A DNA stretch of 64,000 bases from an uncultured Candidatus Rokubacteria bacterium (GTDB taxonomy: Bacteria > Methylomirabilota > Methylomirabilia > Rokubacteriales > DASRDR01): the NCBI GenBank assembly GCA_963708025.1, contig CAVPSB010000010.1, forward strand, positions 1 to 64,000, in the 5' to 3' direction. Below the pieces are notes generated by a model. That model saw nothing but the letters and a program-made list of their open reading frames with translations. It was not told the origin of the DNA and searched no databases. A program made the position numbers and the translations under genes. Below, in pieces: positions 43,474 to 52,623 of the stretch (its first letter is position 1; every line of letters begins with the position of its first letter).

Positions 43474-44022
43474 TTGCTGGTACGTGGTTTGCTTAGGACC
43501 ACTGGCGAGGTGTCGCCCATGCCGTTGCCGGCGATTCGTCCATTGGTCTCCGGTCCGGGCCTTCTGATCGTGGACGGCGACCCGGCGACCCGCCACGCGC
43601 TCCGCGAGTTCTTGGCCGGCGCCGGATTCGCCAGCGAGGAGGCGGCCGACGTGGACGCCGCGCTGGCGCGGGCTGGTGGGACGCGGCCGGCCGCCATCGT
43701 GCTCCACGATCACCTGGCCGGGGCCCAGGGGCTGGAGATCCTGGAGGTCCTGCGCGCCCAGCAGCCGGACGTGCCGGTCGTCTTCATCGCCCACGACGGA
43801 GGGCCCGAGGTGCGGGCCGCCGCGGCGCGCTGCTCGGTGAGCGCCTACCTCGACAAGCCGTTCCACCTGTCCGACCTGCTGGCCAGCATCGACCGGGCGG
43901 TGCATGGCCCCAAGAGTCCGTCCCGAGGCGAGCGGGGCTCCCACCGTGCCGCGTCGAGCCGGGGACGCTCCGGGTCGGGGCGCGCCGGGAGGAAGGGGCT
44001 CCCGCGTGAGCGGTTCGCCTGA
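43474..44022 (+). CDS. response regulator (atypical receiver)
   Basis: LLIVDGD, IVLHDHL, YLDKPF. Confidence 0.75.
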   Translation: MLVRGLLRTTGEVSPMPLPAIRPLVSGPGLLIVDGDPATRHALREFLAGAGFASEEAADVDAALARAGGTRPAAIVLHDHLAGAQGLEILEVLRAQQPDVPVVFIAHDGGPEVRAAAARCSVSAYLDKPFHLSDLLASIDRAVHGPKSPSRGERGSHRAASSRGRSGSGRAGRKGLPRERFA

Positions 44023-44101
44023 CCCCCCTTCGGGGCGCGGCACCCTCGGCCGACGACGCCACGCCTGAGATGGGCCGCGTGGGCCGGGCCGGGTTCGTCT
44101 G

Positions 44102-45700
44102 TTGACGGAGTTCGTCGCCTCCGGGCGGGGGGGCGCCCCCGGCCCGCGTGTCCCGGCGGCCACGCTGCTGATCGCCGGGGCTCCCGATCCGATCTTCGTC
44201 ACGGATGCGGAAGGCCGGATCCTGCTGATCAACCCGACGGCCACCGCGCTCCTCGGGATCCGCGCGGGCGAGCGGCTCGACCCGGTCGGGGAGCGCTTCG
44301 TCTCGGCGGACGATGGCCGGGAGTTCGTCGCCGGGGTGCGCTCCGTCCTCGAGCGGGGTGCGCCGTACCGGGCGAGCTTCCGCGTCCGCGGGGCCTCGGG
44401 CGAGCCGGTCCTCACCATGGTGAGCGCCGCCCCCCTTTGCGACGGTGACCGCCGGATCATCGGGGTGATCGGCGTCCTGCGCGACATGCGGGAGATTCAG
44501 GCGGAGCGGGCCAACCTCGAGCAGCGCGCCATGACGCTGGAGCAGATCGTCGACGAGCGGACCCGCGACCTGCGCCTGGCCAGCCAGGCCAAGGACGAGT
44601 TCCTGGCCGTCCTTTCCCACGAGCTGCGCACGCCGCTCACGCCCATCCTCACCTGGGCGCAGATCCTCAAGCGGGAGCCGGATCCCGCGCGGAGTCGGCA
44701 GGCGGCCGAGGTGATCGAGCGCAACGTGCGCCTCCAGATCGCCCTGGTGGACGATCTGCTCGACCTCACCCGCCTCACCCAGGGGACCTTGAGAGTGGAC
44801 CGCCGGCGCCACGATCTCCGGATCATCGTGGGGACGGCGCTCGGGAATCTCACCGAGGTGGCCGGAGAGAAGACGATCGTGGTGGAGTGGCAGCCGCCGG
44901 TGGAGCCGGTGCCGGTCGAGGCCGACGCGGGCCGCCTTGGCCAGGCCTTCAAGCACATTTTCTCGAACGCCATCAAGTTCAGTGCGGAGGGCGGCCGGAT
45001 CCAGGTCGCGCTCGGGCGGGATGCGGAGACGGCCGTGGTGCGGATTCGGGACCACGGCGCCGGGATCCATCCCGAGTTCCTGCCGTTCATCTTCCAGATG
45101 TTCCGGCAGCAGGAGCAAGGGGCCCGGCGGCAGTACGGCGGGCTGGGGGTGGGCCTGGCCCTCGCCAAGCAACTCGTCGACCTTCACGGCGGCGGCATCG
45201 AGGTGACGAGCGACGGGGTGGGGCGAGGGACCGAGGTGACGGTTCGATTGCCGATCTGGAGCGAGGGCGGTCACGACCGGGAGCGAGTGCCGGCCACCGC
45301 CCGACTCGATGGCATCCGGATCCTCCTGGTGGAGGACAATGCGGATACGGGGGATGCCACCCGGGTCCTGCTGGAGGGCCTCGGCGCCCGCGTCACCCTG
45401 GCGAAGAACGGCCTGGACGCACTCGAACGGGTCGACGCCGAGGAGCCGGACGTCATCTTGTGCGACCTGCGGATGCCGCGACTCGACGGCTTCGAGTTCC
45501 TGCGCCGGCTCCGCACCGACCCCCGCCGGCTGCCGATTCCCGTGATCGCCGTCTCGGGGTTCGCGCGGTCCGTGGACTACCAGCGGACCCGGGAGGCCGG
45601 CTTCGACGGCCACGTGTCGAAGCCGTTCGATCTCGCGACCCTCCTCACCTCGCTGCGCTATGCGCTCGGCCAGGAGCGCCGGGGGAAGCCCGCAGCCTAG
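44102..45700 (+). CDS. PAS hybrid sensor histidine kinase/response regulator
   Basis: PAS, SHELRTPL, NAIKF, DHGAGI, GGLGVGL, receiver CDLRMP...SKPF. Confidence 0.95.
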   Translation: MTEFVASGRGGAPGPRVPAATLLIAGAPDPIFVTDAEGRILLINPTATALLGIRAGERLDPVGERFVSADDGREFVAGVRSVLERGAPYRASFRVRGASGEPVLTMVSAAPLCDGDRRIIGVIGVLRDMREIQAERANLEQRAMTLEQIVDERTRDLRLASQAKDEFLAVLSHELRTPLTPILTWAQILKREPDPARSRQAAEVIERNVRLQIALVDDLLDLTRLTQGTLRVDRRRHDLRIIVGTALGNLTEVAGEKTIVVEWQPPVEPVPVEADAGRLGQAFKHIFSNAIKFSAEGGRIQVALGRDAETAVVRIRDHGAGIHPEFLPFIFQMFRQQEQGARRQYGGLGVGLALAKQLVDLHGGGIEVTSDGVGRGTEVTVRLPIWSEGGHDRERVPATARLDGIRILLVEDNADTGDATRVLLEGLGARVTLAKNGLDALERVDAEEPDVILCDLRMPRLDGFEFLRRLRTDPRRLPIPVIAVSGFARSVDYQRTREAGFDGHVSKPFDLATLLTSLRYALGQERRGKPAA

Positions 45701-45829
45701 GACTATATCGGGAATATCGCGGGGTCCGCCGCCGGCCGTCCTCGGCAGAGGACCAGCGTCCGAGCGCCGGCTTTGCCGGCGCAATCCCGAGGGGGTATCG
45801 GGGGGGGCTTCCGAGACCCCCCGAAGAAA

Positions 45830-46273
45830 CTAGCGCTCCAGGGGATAGCCGCGGCTGGCCCAGCCGGGGAAGCCGTCCTCCAGGCCCTGGATCTCCTCCA
45901 TGCCGAGGCCGGCCAGGTAGCGATAGGCCGCTTCCAGCTCGTCCTTGGGGCAGGCGCAGTAGAGGATGATGCGGCCGGGGGGCAGATACCCCGCGCGCCG
46001 GCGGAGCTCGCGGATCGGGATCGAGCGGGCACCCGGCAAGCGCCCCTGGCGGAAGTCGTCGGCGGGGCGGAGATCGATCAGCATTGGCCGGGCGCCGCGG
46101 TCGAGGAGCGCCTTGAGATCCGGCGCCGAGATGACCGGCATGGGCCCCGCCGGGGACCCGTGGCCGGCCGCCGCCGGCCCGGCCAGGGCGGCCACCAGGG
46201 AAGCCAGCATCCAGCAGATCCGAAGCCGGCCGGCGCGGGGCCGCGGGCAACGCTCGGAGATCGAAGCGGCCAT
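45830..46273 (-). CDS. exported rhodanese-like protein (Cys form, LYCACP)
   Basis: Signal-like N-terminus; LIDLRP..F..GRLPGARSIP; IILYCACP; LEDGFPGW. Confidence 0.85.
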   Translation of the reverse strand: MAASISERCPRPRAGRLRICWMLASLVAALAGPAAAGHGSPAGPMPVISAPDLKALLDRGARPMLIDLRPADDFRQGRLPGARSIPIRELRRRAGYLPPGRIILYCACPKDELEAAYRYLAGLGMEEIQGLEDGFPGWASRGYPLER

Positions 46274-46526
46274 CTCCTCGAAGGATAGCAGGAGCCGCGC
46301 GGAGGTGTCAGCCAGTCGGCTTCTCGCGACCGGCTGGCTCTGGCCACGCGGCCGGCCCCCCACCCCGGAGATCTTCAGCGCGGGTCGAAGCGGAGCAGGC
46401 GGCTGCTGTTCACGATCACGACGACGGTGCCGACGTTGCCCCACCGGAGCACGGCGCCGGTGAGCGCCAGCACGCCGGCCGCGCTGCCGGGGAAGACGGT
46501 CCGCCACGCCCGGGCGGGGCCGGTCG

Positions 46527-47363
46527 TCACGACGTCGCTCCCGCGCGGCGGAGCCGGCGGGCCGCGCCTCCCCAGGCCAGCACGGTCACGCCGAACGCGC
46601 AGGCGACCGTGGCGCCGGTCGGGAGGTCGAGGGCGGCCGAGGCCACGATGCCGATGAGGCTGACCAGCGTGCCGAAGGCCCAGCCGACCCAGAGGCGGGT
46701 GCCGATCGGTCCTCCGAACGCGATCCCGGCCAGGGCCGGGACGATGAGGTACGAGAAGACGAGGAGCACGCCGGCGATGCGGACGGAACTGGTCACGACG
46801 AGGCCGAACGAGGCGTAGAAGAGGAAGTCCCAGAGGCGGACGCGCCAGCCATCACGATAGGCAGTGTCCGGATCGGTCGAGATGAGGAAGAACGGCTTCC
46901 GGCAGAGCCAGTGGAAGAGTCCGACGACCGCGTAGAGCGTCGCGACCCGCCCCACCTCGGGACCGCTGACCGCCAGCAGGCTGCCGACCAGCATCCCGCG
47001 GAGATGCTCGGCGCCATGCGGCGTCCGGTCGGCGACGAGAACGGCGGCTGCCGCCGACACCGCATAGACCACGCCGATCATCGCTTCCTGGGACACGCGA
47101 CGCTCCCGGCTGCGCGTCAGGGCGAGGACCAGCGCTCCGAGCACCGTGGCACCGAGGCCGAAGAGGTAGGACACGCCGGACTCCAGCTCGAAGCCGGCCA
47201 GGAGGGCGGCAGCCCCGCCGAGGGCGGCGATCTGAGCCAGCGCGATGTCCACGAACACGACCTCCCGGGCGATGACGTGGATGCCCAGGTAGGCGTGGAT
47301 CCCGGTGAGCACCAGGCACATGAGGAACGGCGCCCACAGGAGGGCGGTCAGCTCGCCGACCAT
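46527..47363 (-). CDS. Zn/Mn-type metal ABC transporter permease
   Basis: HAYLGIHVIAREVVFVDIALAQIAALG; GVLLVFSYLIVPA; LDLPTGA. Confidence 0.9.
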   Translation of the reverse strand: MVGELTALLWAPFLMCLVLTGIHAYLGIHVIAREVVFVDIALAQIAALGGAAALLAGFELESGVSYLFGLGATVLGALVLALTRSRERRVSQEAMIGVVYAVSAAAAVLVADRTPHGAEHLRGMLVGSLLAVSGPEVGRVATLYAVVGLFHWLCRKPFFLISTDPDTAYRDGWRVRLWDFLFYASFGLVVTSSVRIAGVLLVFSYLIVPALAGIAFGGPIGTRLWVGWAFGTLVSLIGIVASAALDLPTGATVACAFGVTVLAWGGAARRLRRAGATS

Positions 47364-47565
47364 GCCGCCAGCTACCGCCAAGCCGGGGCCAGCGTCGTCA
47401 CGCTGGAGCCGATCCACGCCCGGTCGGTGTCGGTGCCCCTCGGGGCGCCGGGGCGGTCGTGCCGGGGCGAGAGGAATCCACGCATGCAGAGCCCTCCGCA
47501 AGGGGCGGGTGAGGGGCCGTCCGGAACCGGCGGTCCCGGGCGGTGGACGTCAGCGGATCAGGGGT

Positions 47566-47856
47566 TCAGGCGGTGGGAGGGGCGCGGGAGCCGGACGGGA
47601 GCGCCGGACGGGTGGCCCGGGCAGGATTGCCGGGGGCCAGCGAGATCGGCCGCGCGTGGAGCGATACGCCTGCGTCCGGGGCGTCGATGATGATCGCCCC
47701 TGCGGGGGCCATCACCATGCGCTCGAGCGAGCACTGCTCGTTGTAGATACCGGCCGCCGCGCCCCCGTGCTCGTGGACGACGGGAAGCTCGGCCCCGACC
47801 CGCACCAGGGCCAGGACGACGACCAGCCACGGAACTACGCGAGAAGTGGATCGCAT
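47566..47856 (-). CDS. DUF2946-like leader peptide with RAPP motif
   Basis: Hydrophobic N-terminus, HEH..C, Pro/Ala spacer, C-terminal SRAPPTA. Confidence 0.75.
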   Translation of the reverse strand: MRSTSRVVPWLVVVLALVRVGAELPVVHEHGGAAAGIYNEQCSLERMVMAPAGAIIIDAPDAGVSLHARPISLAPGNPARATRPALPSGSRAPPTA

Positions 47857-47870
47857 GCGAAACGATTTGA

Positions 47871-47900
47871 AATCTACGCGCCTGCCGGGGTCGAAGTCAA
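47871..47900 (-). promoter_or_regulatory. sigma70-like promoter for leader 47856
   Basis: TTGACT-N18-TAGATT, 14 nt before the ATG. Confidence 0.55.
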
Positions 47901-47911
47901 ACAGTTTCGCG

Positions 47912-48403
47912 TTACACGAGATCCTTGCCGGTCGTCGCCATGGTGAGCCGGCCGTGCTTCACCCCGCGCGTCGCGATGAGGCGATCGGCGAGGTCGTGGA
48001 TCGTCTGGGCCCGGCCCCGGACGACCAGCACTTCCAGGCAGTGGTCATGGTCCAGGTGCACGTGGAGCGACGAGACGATCTCACTGTAGTGGTCGTGCTG
48101 GGCGGCCGTGAGCCGGCCGGGCAGAAGCCGGGCGTGGTGATCGTAGACGAGCGTGATCGTGGCGACCGTCTCGGCGTTCCCGGCCTTCCATTCGGCCTCC
48201 ACGAGCCCCTGACGCACGAGGTCGCGAATCGCCTCCGAGCGGTTCGGGTAGGCCCGGCGTGTCACCCACGCGTCCAGGCGGCCGAGGAGTCGCCGGTCCA
48301 TCGCGACGCCGAACCGACGGAGCCCGGCCCCCCCATCGTCGCGCGGCGGCGAGCGCCTCCTGGCGGGTCCGGGCCCGGCGTCGGGCGAGCGCCGGCTCTT
48401 CAC
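47912..48403 (-). CDS. nikR: nickel-responsive regulator NikR
   Basis: RFGVAM, NRSEAIRDL, YDHH, QHD, HVHLDHDHCLE. Confidence 0.95.
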   Translation of the reverse strand: MKSRRSPDAGPGPARRRSPPRDDGGAGLRRFGVAMDRRLLGRLDAWVTRRAYPNRSEAIRDLVRQGLVEAEWKAGNAETVATITLVYDHHARLLPGRLTAAQHDHYSEIVSSLHVHLDHDHCLEVLVVRGRAQTIHDLADRLIATRGVKHGRLTMATTGKDLV

Positions 48404-48434
48404 CGCGCGCGCCTTCTATCCCGGCTCCCGGGGG

Positions 48435-48899
48435 TCATGGCCGGGCGGCCTCACGGCCCAGGAAGGCGGCGTAGTCGCGCTCGTGGTTCGGCACGTAGCC
48501 CGACACCGCCCCCTCCGTGGGATGGCCCTGCTCGATCCAGCCGGGGATTCCCTCGTCCAGGATCCGGAGGTTCCGGTACCCCTTCGCGTAGAGCGCCTCG
48601 TAGGCCAGACTGGCCAACCGGTGGGGGCACGCTCAGTAGAGGACGACCGGGACGTTGCGCGGCAGGATCACGTCGCGCTCCCTGATCGTGGAGAGCGGGA
48701 ACGACTCCGCCCCCTTGATGTGCCGCGCCCGGTACTCCTCGCGCGTTCGCACGTCGACGAGCACGACCGGCGCTCCCCGGGCCTGGAGGCGGATCACCTC
48801 GGCTACCTTGATGAAGGTGCGGGTGTCCGACTGGCCCTGCGCCGTTCCGGCCGCGAGCCCCAGCGTGGCGACCAGGAGCGGGATCAGCCTCGTGCGCAT
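48435..48899 (-). CDS. exported rhodanese-like selenoprotein (Sec at codon 89, UGA 48633-48635)
   Basis: Signal peptide, VDVRTREEY..HIKGA, VVLY-UGA-ACP, continues in frame to LDEGIPGW; SECIS-like hairpin follows the UGA. Confidence 0.85.
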
Positions 48900-49027
48900 C
48901 GAGTTCCTCCTCGTTTCAGTTGGTAACCTCCCGCCCCCCCCCAGCCCCCCTCCCCCACCCGTTGGACGGCCTTCGGCCTGTGGCGGGGGGAGGGGGGAGC
49001 CGGAGGACCCCATTCCTTCACACGCTC

Positions 49028-49984
49028 TCAGTGGCGGTGGCTGGTGGGCGCACCGCCCCACTCGAAGGACGCCTGCCGGGACCGGGCGAATCGCCCCGCC
49101 ACCGCCGGCATGAGGCGCATCGTGGGCGTCCCGATGGTGACCGTGACCCGCTCCGTGCCGTCGGGCAGGGTCACGTCCGCCCCGTAGTGAAAGCCCTGGT
49201 GGCCCAGCATCGGGACGAGCCGCGTCCGCTTCGGGGCCTGCTTCCCGGCGTGGATGGTGGCGGCGACCGGCAGGTAGGGGATGGGCTCGCCCGACTGGAC
49301 ATCGGCGATGAACACCATGAGGTGTCCTGGCCGCCGGGCCCCGGCGCTCTGGCCGGCGGCCCTGGGTGCGTTCGGGTGGCCGGTCGCGTCGTCGTACTCC
49401 ACCCGCACCCGGACGTCGCCGAGGACCTGCTCGCGAACCGGCGGCCCCGCGTGGTCGTGCCCCTGGCCGTCTCCCGCGCCGAGGCTCTTGAGGAACGCCA
49501 CCAGGTCGATCAGCTCGCTGACCGTCAGGCTCTCCCGGTAGTCGGGCATGATCGAGAGCCCGTCGGGCCCGGCATACCCGGGGCCTTCGAGGATGACGGC
49601 GTTGGGGTTGAGGATCGACTCCGCGAAGTATTCGGCGGGGTGATGGCCGCCCATCGCGGTCAGCTCGGGGCCCACCTCGTCCGACGGCGTCGGCGCCTCC
49701 GGGAAGCCCGCCCCCTTGACGGGGTGGCACTTGTAGCACTCGAGGTTCGCGAACACGTCACGCCCCGCCTTCGCGTCGCCCGGGGGGAACGCGAAGCGCC
49801 AGCCCGGCGGCACTCCGCCGTGGCGGTGCAGCACATCCATCCCGATCCGGGCGGGAGCCGTGGGGTGCTCGTGAGGCGGGATCCCCGGCGGGTGAGCGTG
49901 GCCCTCCGGCTGCGCGGCGGACCACCGCAGGGTGGCCACCACTACCAGCGCCAGTCCCGTGGCGGTGAGGTGCCGTGCCGTCAT
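49028..49984 (-). CDS. exported cytochrome c fused to a P19/Fe2+-transport-like domain
   Basis: His-rich N-terminus, CYKCH, SIMPDY; C-terminal HLMVFI..EPIPY...LVPMLGHQGFHYGADV. Confidence 0.75.
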   Translation of the reverse strand: MTARHLTATGLALVVVATLRWSAAQPEGHAHPPGIPPHEHPTAPARIGMDVLHRHGGVPPGWRFAFPPGDAKAGRDVFANLECYKCHPVKGAGFPEAPTPSDEVGPELTAMGGHHPAEYFAESILNPNAVILEGPGYAGPDGLSIMPDYRESLTVSELIDLVAFLKSLGAGDGQGHDHAGPPVREQVLGDVRVRVEYDDATGHPNAPRAAGQSAGARRPGHLMVFIADVQSGEPIPYLPVAATIHAGKQAPKRTRLVPMLGHQGFHYGADVTLPDGTERVTVTIGTPTMRLMPAVAGRFARSRQASFEWGGAPTSHRH

Positions 49985-50625
49985 GACGCCGTCCTCCCTG
50001 CCCGATCGGTCGTGAGTCGCGCGTTCCGCGATCGGGTGCGCCACAACAGCCACGCGGCCGCCGAGCCCAGGAGCGCCGCGCCGGCCCCCACCATCGCCGC
50101 GCCCACGCCCCAGGACGCCGCCGCCTCCACCTCCAGCGGGAAGTCGGCGCTCCCGGAGCCCTCCGGGCCCGAGACGTGGACGGTCACCGTCCAGCGCCCC
50201 GGACTCGGCAGCCTGAGATCGGCCACGTGGCTGATCCCGCCGGGATCCCGGCCCCGATCCGCCGTGACCGAGACCGGGGCGTCCGCGGCGCCGGCTCGCC
50301 CGGCGCTGACGCGCACGACCGCGTCGGGGACCGGGCGAAAGTTGCCCGGCCGCATCACGGTGACCGTGAGCTGACACGCGTCGGTCCGCGGCCGCTTGGG
50401 CTGGGTCCACGCCATGAGGACGTAGGGCCCGGCCCGGTCGTTGAGCTGGAGGACCCCGCTGTGGTCTGCCGAGGCCGGGCCGGAAGCGCCCACCAGGGCC
50501 CCGGCTGCCAGCGCGACCAGCAGGACGCCGCGTGCCAGCGCCGGGAAAGAAGTGCGGGCGCCTCCCCTTCCCATCGCGCGGCCTCCGCGGGTCGGGGGGG
50601 CTCGCGCCAGCGGGCCCGCCTTCAT
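49981..50625 (-). CDS. YtkA/FixH-like exported protein with C-terminal membrane anchor
   Basis: Signal peptide, HVADLRLPSPGRWTVTVHVSGPEG, terminal TM helix. Confidence 0.65.
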   Translation of the reverse strand: MKAGPLARAPPTRGGRAMGRGGARTSFPALARGVLLVALAAGALVGASGPASADHSGVLQLNDRAGPYVLMAWTQPKRPRTDACQLTVTVMRPGNFRPVPDAVVRVSAGRAGAADAPVSVTADRGRDPGGISHVADLRLPSPGRWTVTVHVSGPEGSGSADFPLEVEAAASWGVGAAMVGAGAALLGSAAAWLLWRTRSRNARLTTDRAGRTAS

Positions 50626-51014
50626 GACGCCGGTCGGAGCCGGAAGCCGAAGTCGCTCTCGACGACGTGGCCGTCAACGGAGAGGACGCGGAACTTGACC
50701 GTGTAAGCGCCGGGCGCCAGCGGCCGCAAGCCGACGGAGAGCCGCTTGGGATCGTCCGGCCCCACCGCGGCGTTCCCGGCGTCAACCCGCGCGCCGCCGG
50801 CGTCCCACACCGAGATGGTGGCGAACTGCGGCTCCAGCCGCTCGCTGAACCAGAGCTGGACCCGGTCGGGGGCCTTGACGAGCACCGCCCGCCGGGCGGG
50901 GATCGACTTGACGAGCATCGCGTGGGTCCAGCCCGAGACCGGAACGAGCGCCAGCGCCAGCCAGACCAGGAACCTCACCGCGACGACGAGGCGGGCAGGG
51001 AACATCCTGCTCAT
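50622..51014 (-). CDS. copC: copper resistance protein CopC
   Basis: HAMLVKSIP, LWFSERLE, FRVLSVDGH. Confidence 0.9.
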   Translation of the reverse strand: MSRMFPARLVVAVRFLVWLALALVPVSGWTHAMLVKSIPARRAVLVKAPDRVQLWFSERLEPQFATISVWDAGGARVDAGNAAVGPDDPKRLSVGLRPLAPGAYTVKFRVLSVDGHVVESDFGFRLRPAS

Positions 51015-51048
51015 CGTACGCCCATCAGCGGCCCCCGGGGGGGCCGGG

Positions 51049-52038
51049 TCACGGGCGGAGGGCCATCCCGTGCGGCGCCTTGCCGACGGCGATGCTCTTC
51101 ACCTGCTTGTGGGTGCCGAGATCGATGACGGTGACGGCGTCGGCCCACCGGTTGGTGACGAAGGCGTAGCGCCCGCTCGGCTCCATCGTCACCAGGTCGG
51201 GGTATGCCGGCTGGGGGATGCTCGCCACGACCCGGTCGTCGGCGGTGGACACCACGACGATCTTGTTGGCCCGCCGGAGCGTGGCGTAGAGGAAGCGGCC
51301 GTCCAGGGTGAGGACCGCGTCGTGGACGATCCCCGGCAGCGGGATGGTCTTCACCGCCGCGTTCGTCGTCGTGTCCACCTTGACCAGCTTCTTCTCCTCG
51401 CCGGCGGCCGCGTAGAGCCAGCGCTCGTCGGGGGTGAGGGCCAGCCCCATCGCGTCGCCCCCGGTCCAGACCGTGTGGGTGATCCGGCGCGTCGCCGTGT
51501 CGATCGCGGCGAGGTTGCCGGCCGTCTCGCCGGAGACGTAGAAGGTCCGGCCGTTCCGGGTGAAGATTCCGTGGGCCGGCCACGTGGAGACCTCGATCCG
51601 CGCGTCCACGCGCGCGGCCGCGAGGTCGTAGACGATCACCTCGTCGTTGCTGGTCTCGCTGCTCCAGTCCAGGACGTACAGGTACCGGCCGTCCGGTGAG
51701 AACGCGAGGTTGTACGGGTTGCCGCCGATCTTGACCCGCCGCGAGAGCTTCCCGGTCTCCGCGTCGACGACGCCGAGGTCGTGGCTCTTGTCGTAGACGA
51801 CCCAGGCGGTCTTGCCGTCCGGGTGGAACGCGACGCGGTTGGGCTTGCCCGGGCCGAGCGGGATCGTGTGGACCACCTCGAAGGTGGTGGTGTCGATGAC
51901 CGAGATCGACCCGGACTTGGTGTTCGTGACGTAGAGCGTGGCCGCCGGCGCCGGCCGGGGGTCGGCCAGGGCGGCCAGGCCGAGCAGCAGGGCGAGGCCT
52001 AGCCGGCCGGGGCCTCGCCAGGGACGGTGTGCATTCAT
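51049..52038 (-). CDS. YncE/YVTN beta-propeller protein
   Basis: LYVTNTKSGSISVID and repeated FSPDG..LYV blades. Confidence 0.9.
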   Translation of the reverse strand: MNAHRPWRGPGRLGLALLLGLAALADPRPAPAATLYVTNTKSGSISVIDTTTFEVVHTIPLGPGKPNRVAFHPDGKTAWVVYDKSHDLGVVDAETGKLSRRVKIGGNPYNLAFSPDGRYLYVLDWSSETSNDEVIVYDLAAARVDARIEVSTWPAHGIFTRNGRTFYVSGETAGNLAAIDTATRRITHTVWTGGDAMGLALTPDERWLYAAAGEEKKLVKVDTTTNAAVKTIPLPGIVHDAVLTLDGRFLYATLRRANKIVVVSTADDRVVASIPQPAYPDLVTMEPSGRYAFVTNRWADAVTVIDLGTHKQVKSIAVGKAPHGMALRP

Positions 52039-52047
52039 GACCCTATC

Positions 52048-52623
52048 CTACCGCCGAGCGGGCGGAAACTCCGCCTCGCTTCGTGACTCGGGGCAGCCGA
52101 AGCTCCCGACCAGGCCCTTCCGGGTGACGGCGCCGGCGAGCTTCACCGGGCTGCGGTCCTCGGCGCCCGCGACGTGCCCGGCCGGGTTGCAGCTGAAGGT
52201 CAGGTCGACCGGCACGGTGTTGACCGTGCCGTGGATGCGGAAGCTGTAGGTGGTGGCGACCGTCGGGAAGAAGAACGCCTCGTAGTGCCCCGGGGATCGG
52301 AAGGCCGGATAGAAGTCGAAGGTCCGGGCGGCCGGGCCGGCCTTGACCTCGACCTTCAGGCTCTTCTCGAGCCCCTCCACCGGCTTGATGTTCGGCGCCC
52401 GCGAGTCCATGGGGTTGGCCGGGTCGGGGACCCAGACGAAGAGGTCCACGCCGCTCTTGTCCCCGGTGAAGACCGGCTCGTTCAGGAATCCGACCACGAA
52501 GAGGTAGTCGGCCGTCCCGATCTGGAAGAGCTGGCGCTGGTGAGCGCCGGCGATCGGCGAGACGCAGAGCGACAGCACGGCGGTGAGGGTGACGAGAGCC
52601 AGCAGTCGGCGGAGAGACATCAT
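52048..52623 (-). CDS. exported hypothetical protein (N-terminal His after signal peptide)
   Basis: AGA-HQRQ, VVGFLNEP, GHYEAFFFPT. Confidence 0.7.
   Translation of the reverse strand: MMSLRRLLALVTLTAVLSLCVSPIAGAHQRQLFQIGTADYLFVVGFLNEPVFTGDKSGVDLFVWVPDPANPMDSRAPNIKPVEGLEKSLKVEVKAGPAARTFDFYPAFRSPGHYEAFFFPTVATTYSFRIHGTVNTVPVDLTFSCNPAGHVAGAEDRSPVKLAGAVTRKGLVGSFGCPESRSEAEFPPARR

Noticed and set aside
43784-45784. Long antisense ORFs (also 61146-62645, 62923-63981, 52803-54320)
   Set aside because: High-GC shadows of well-supported genes on the opposite strand
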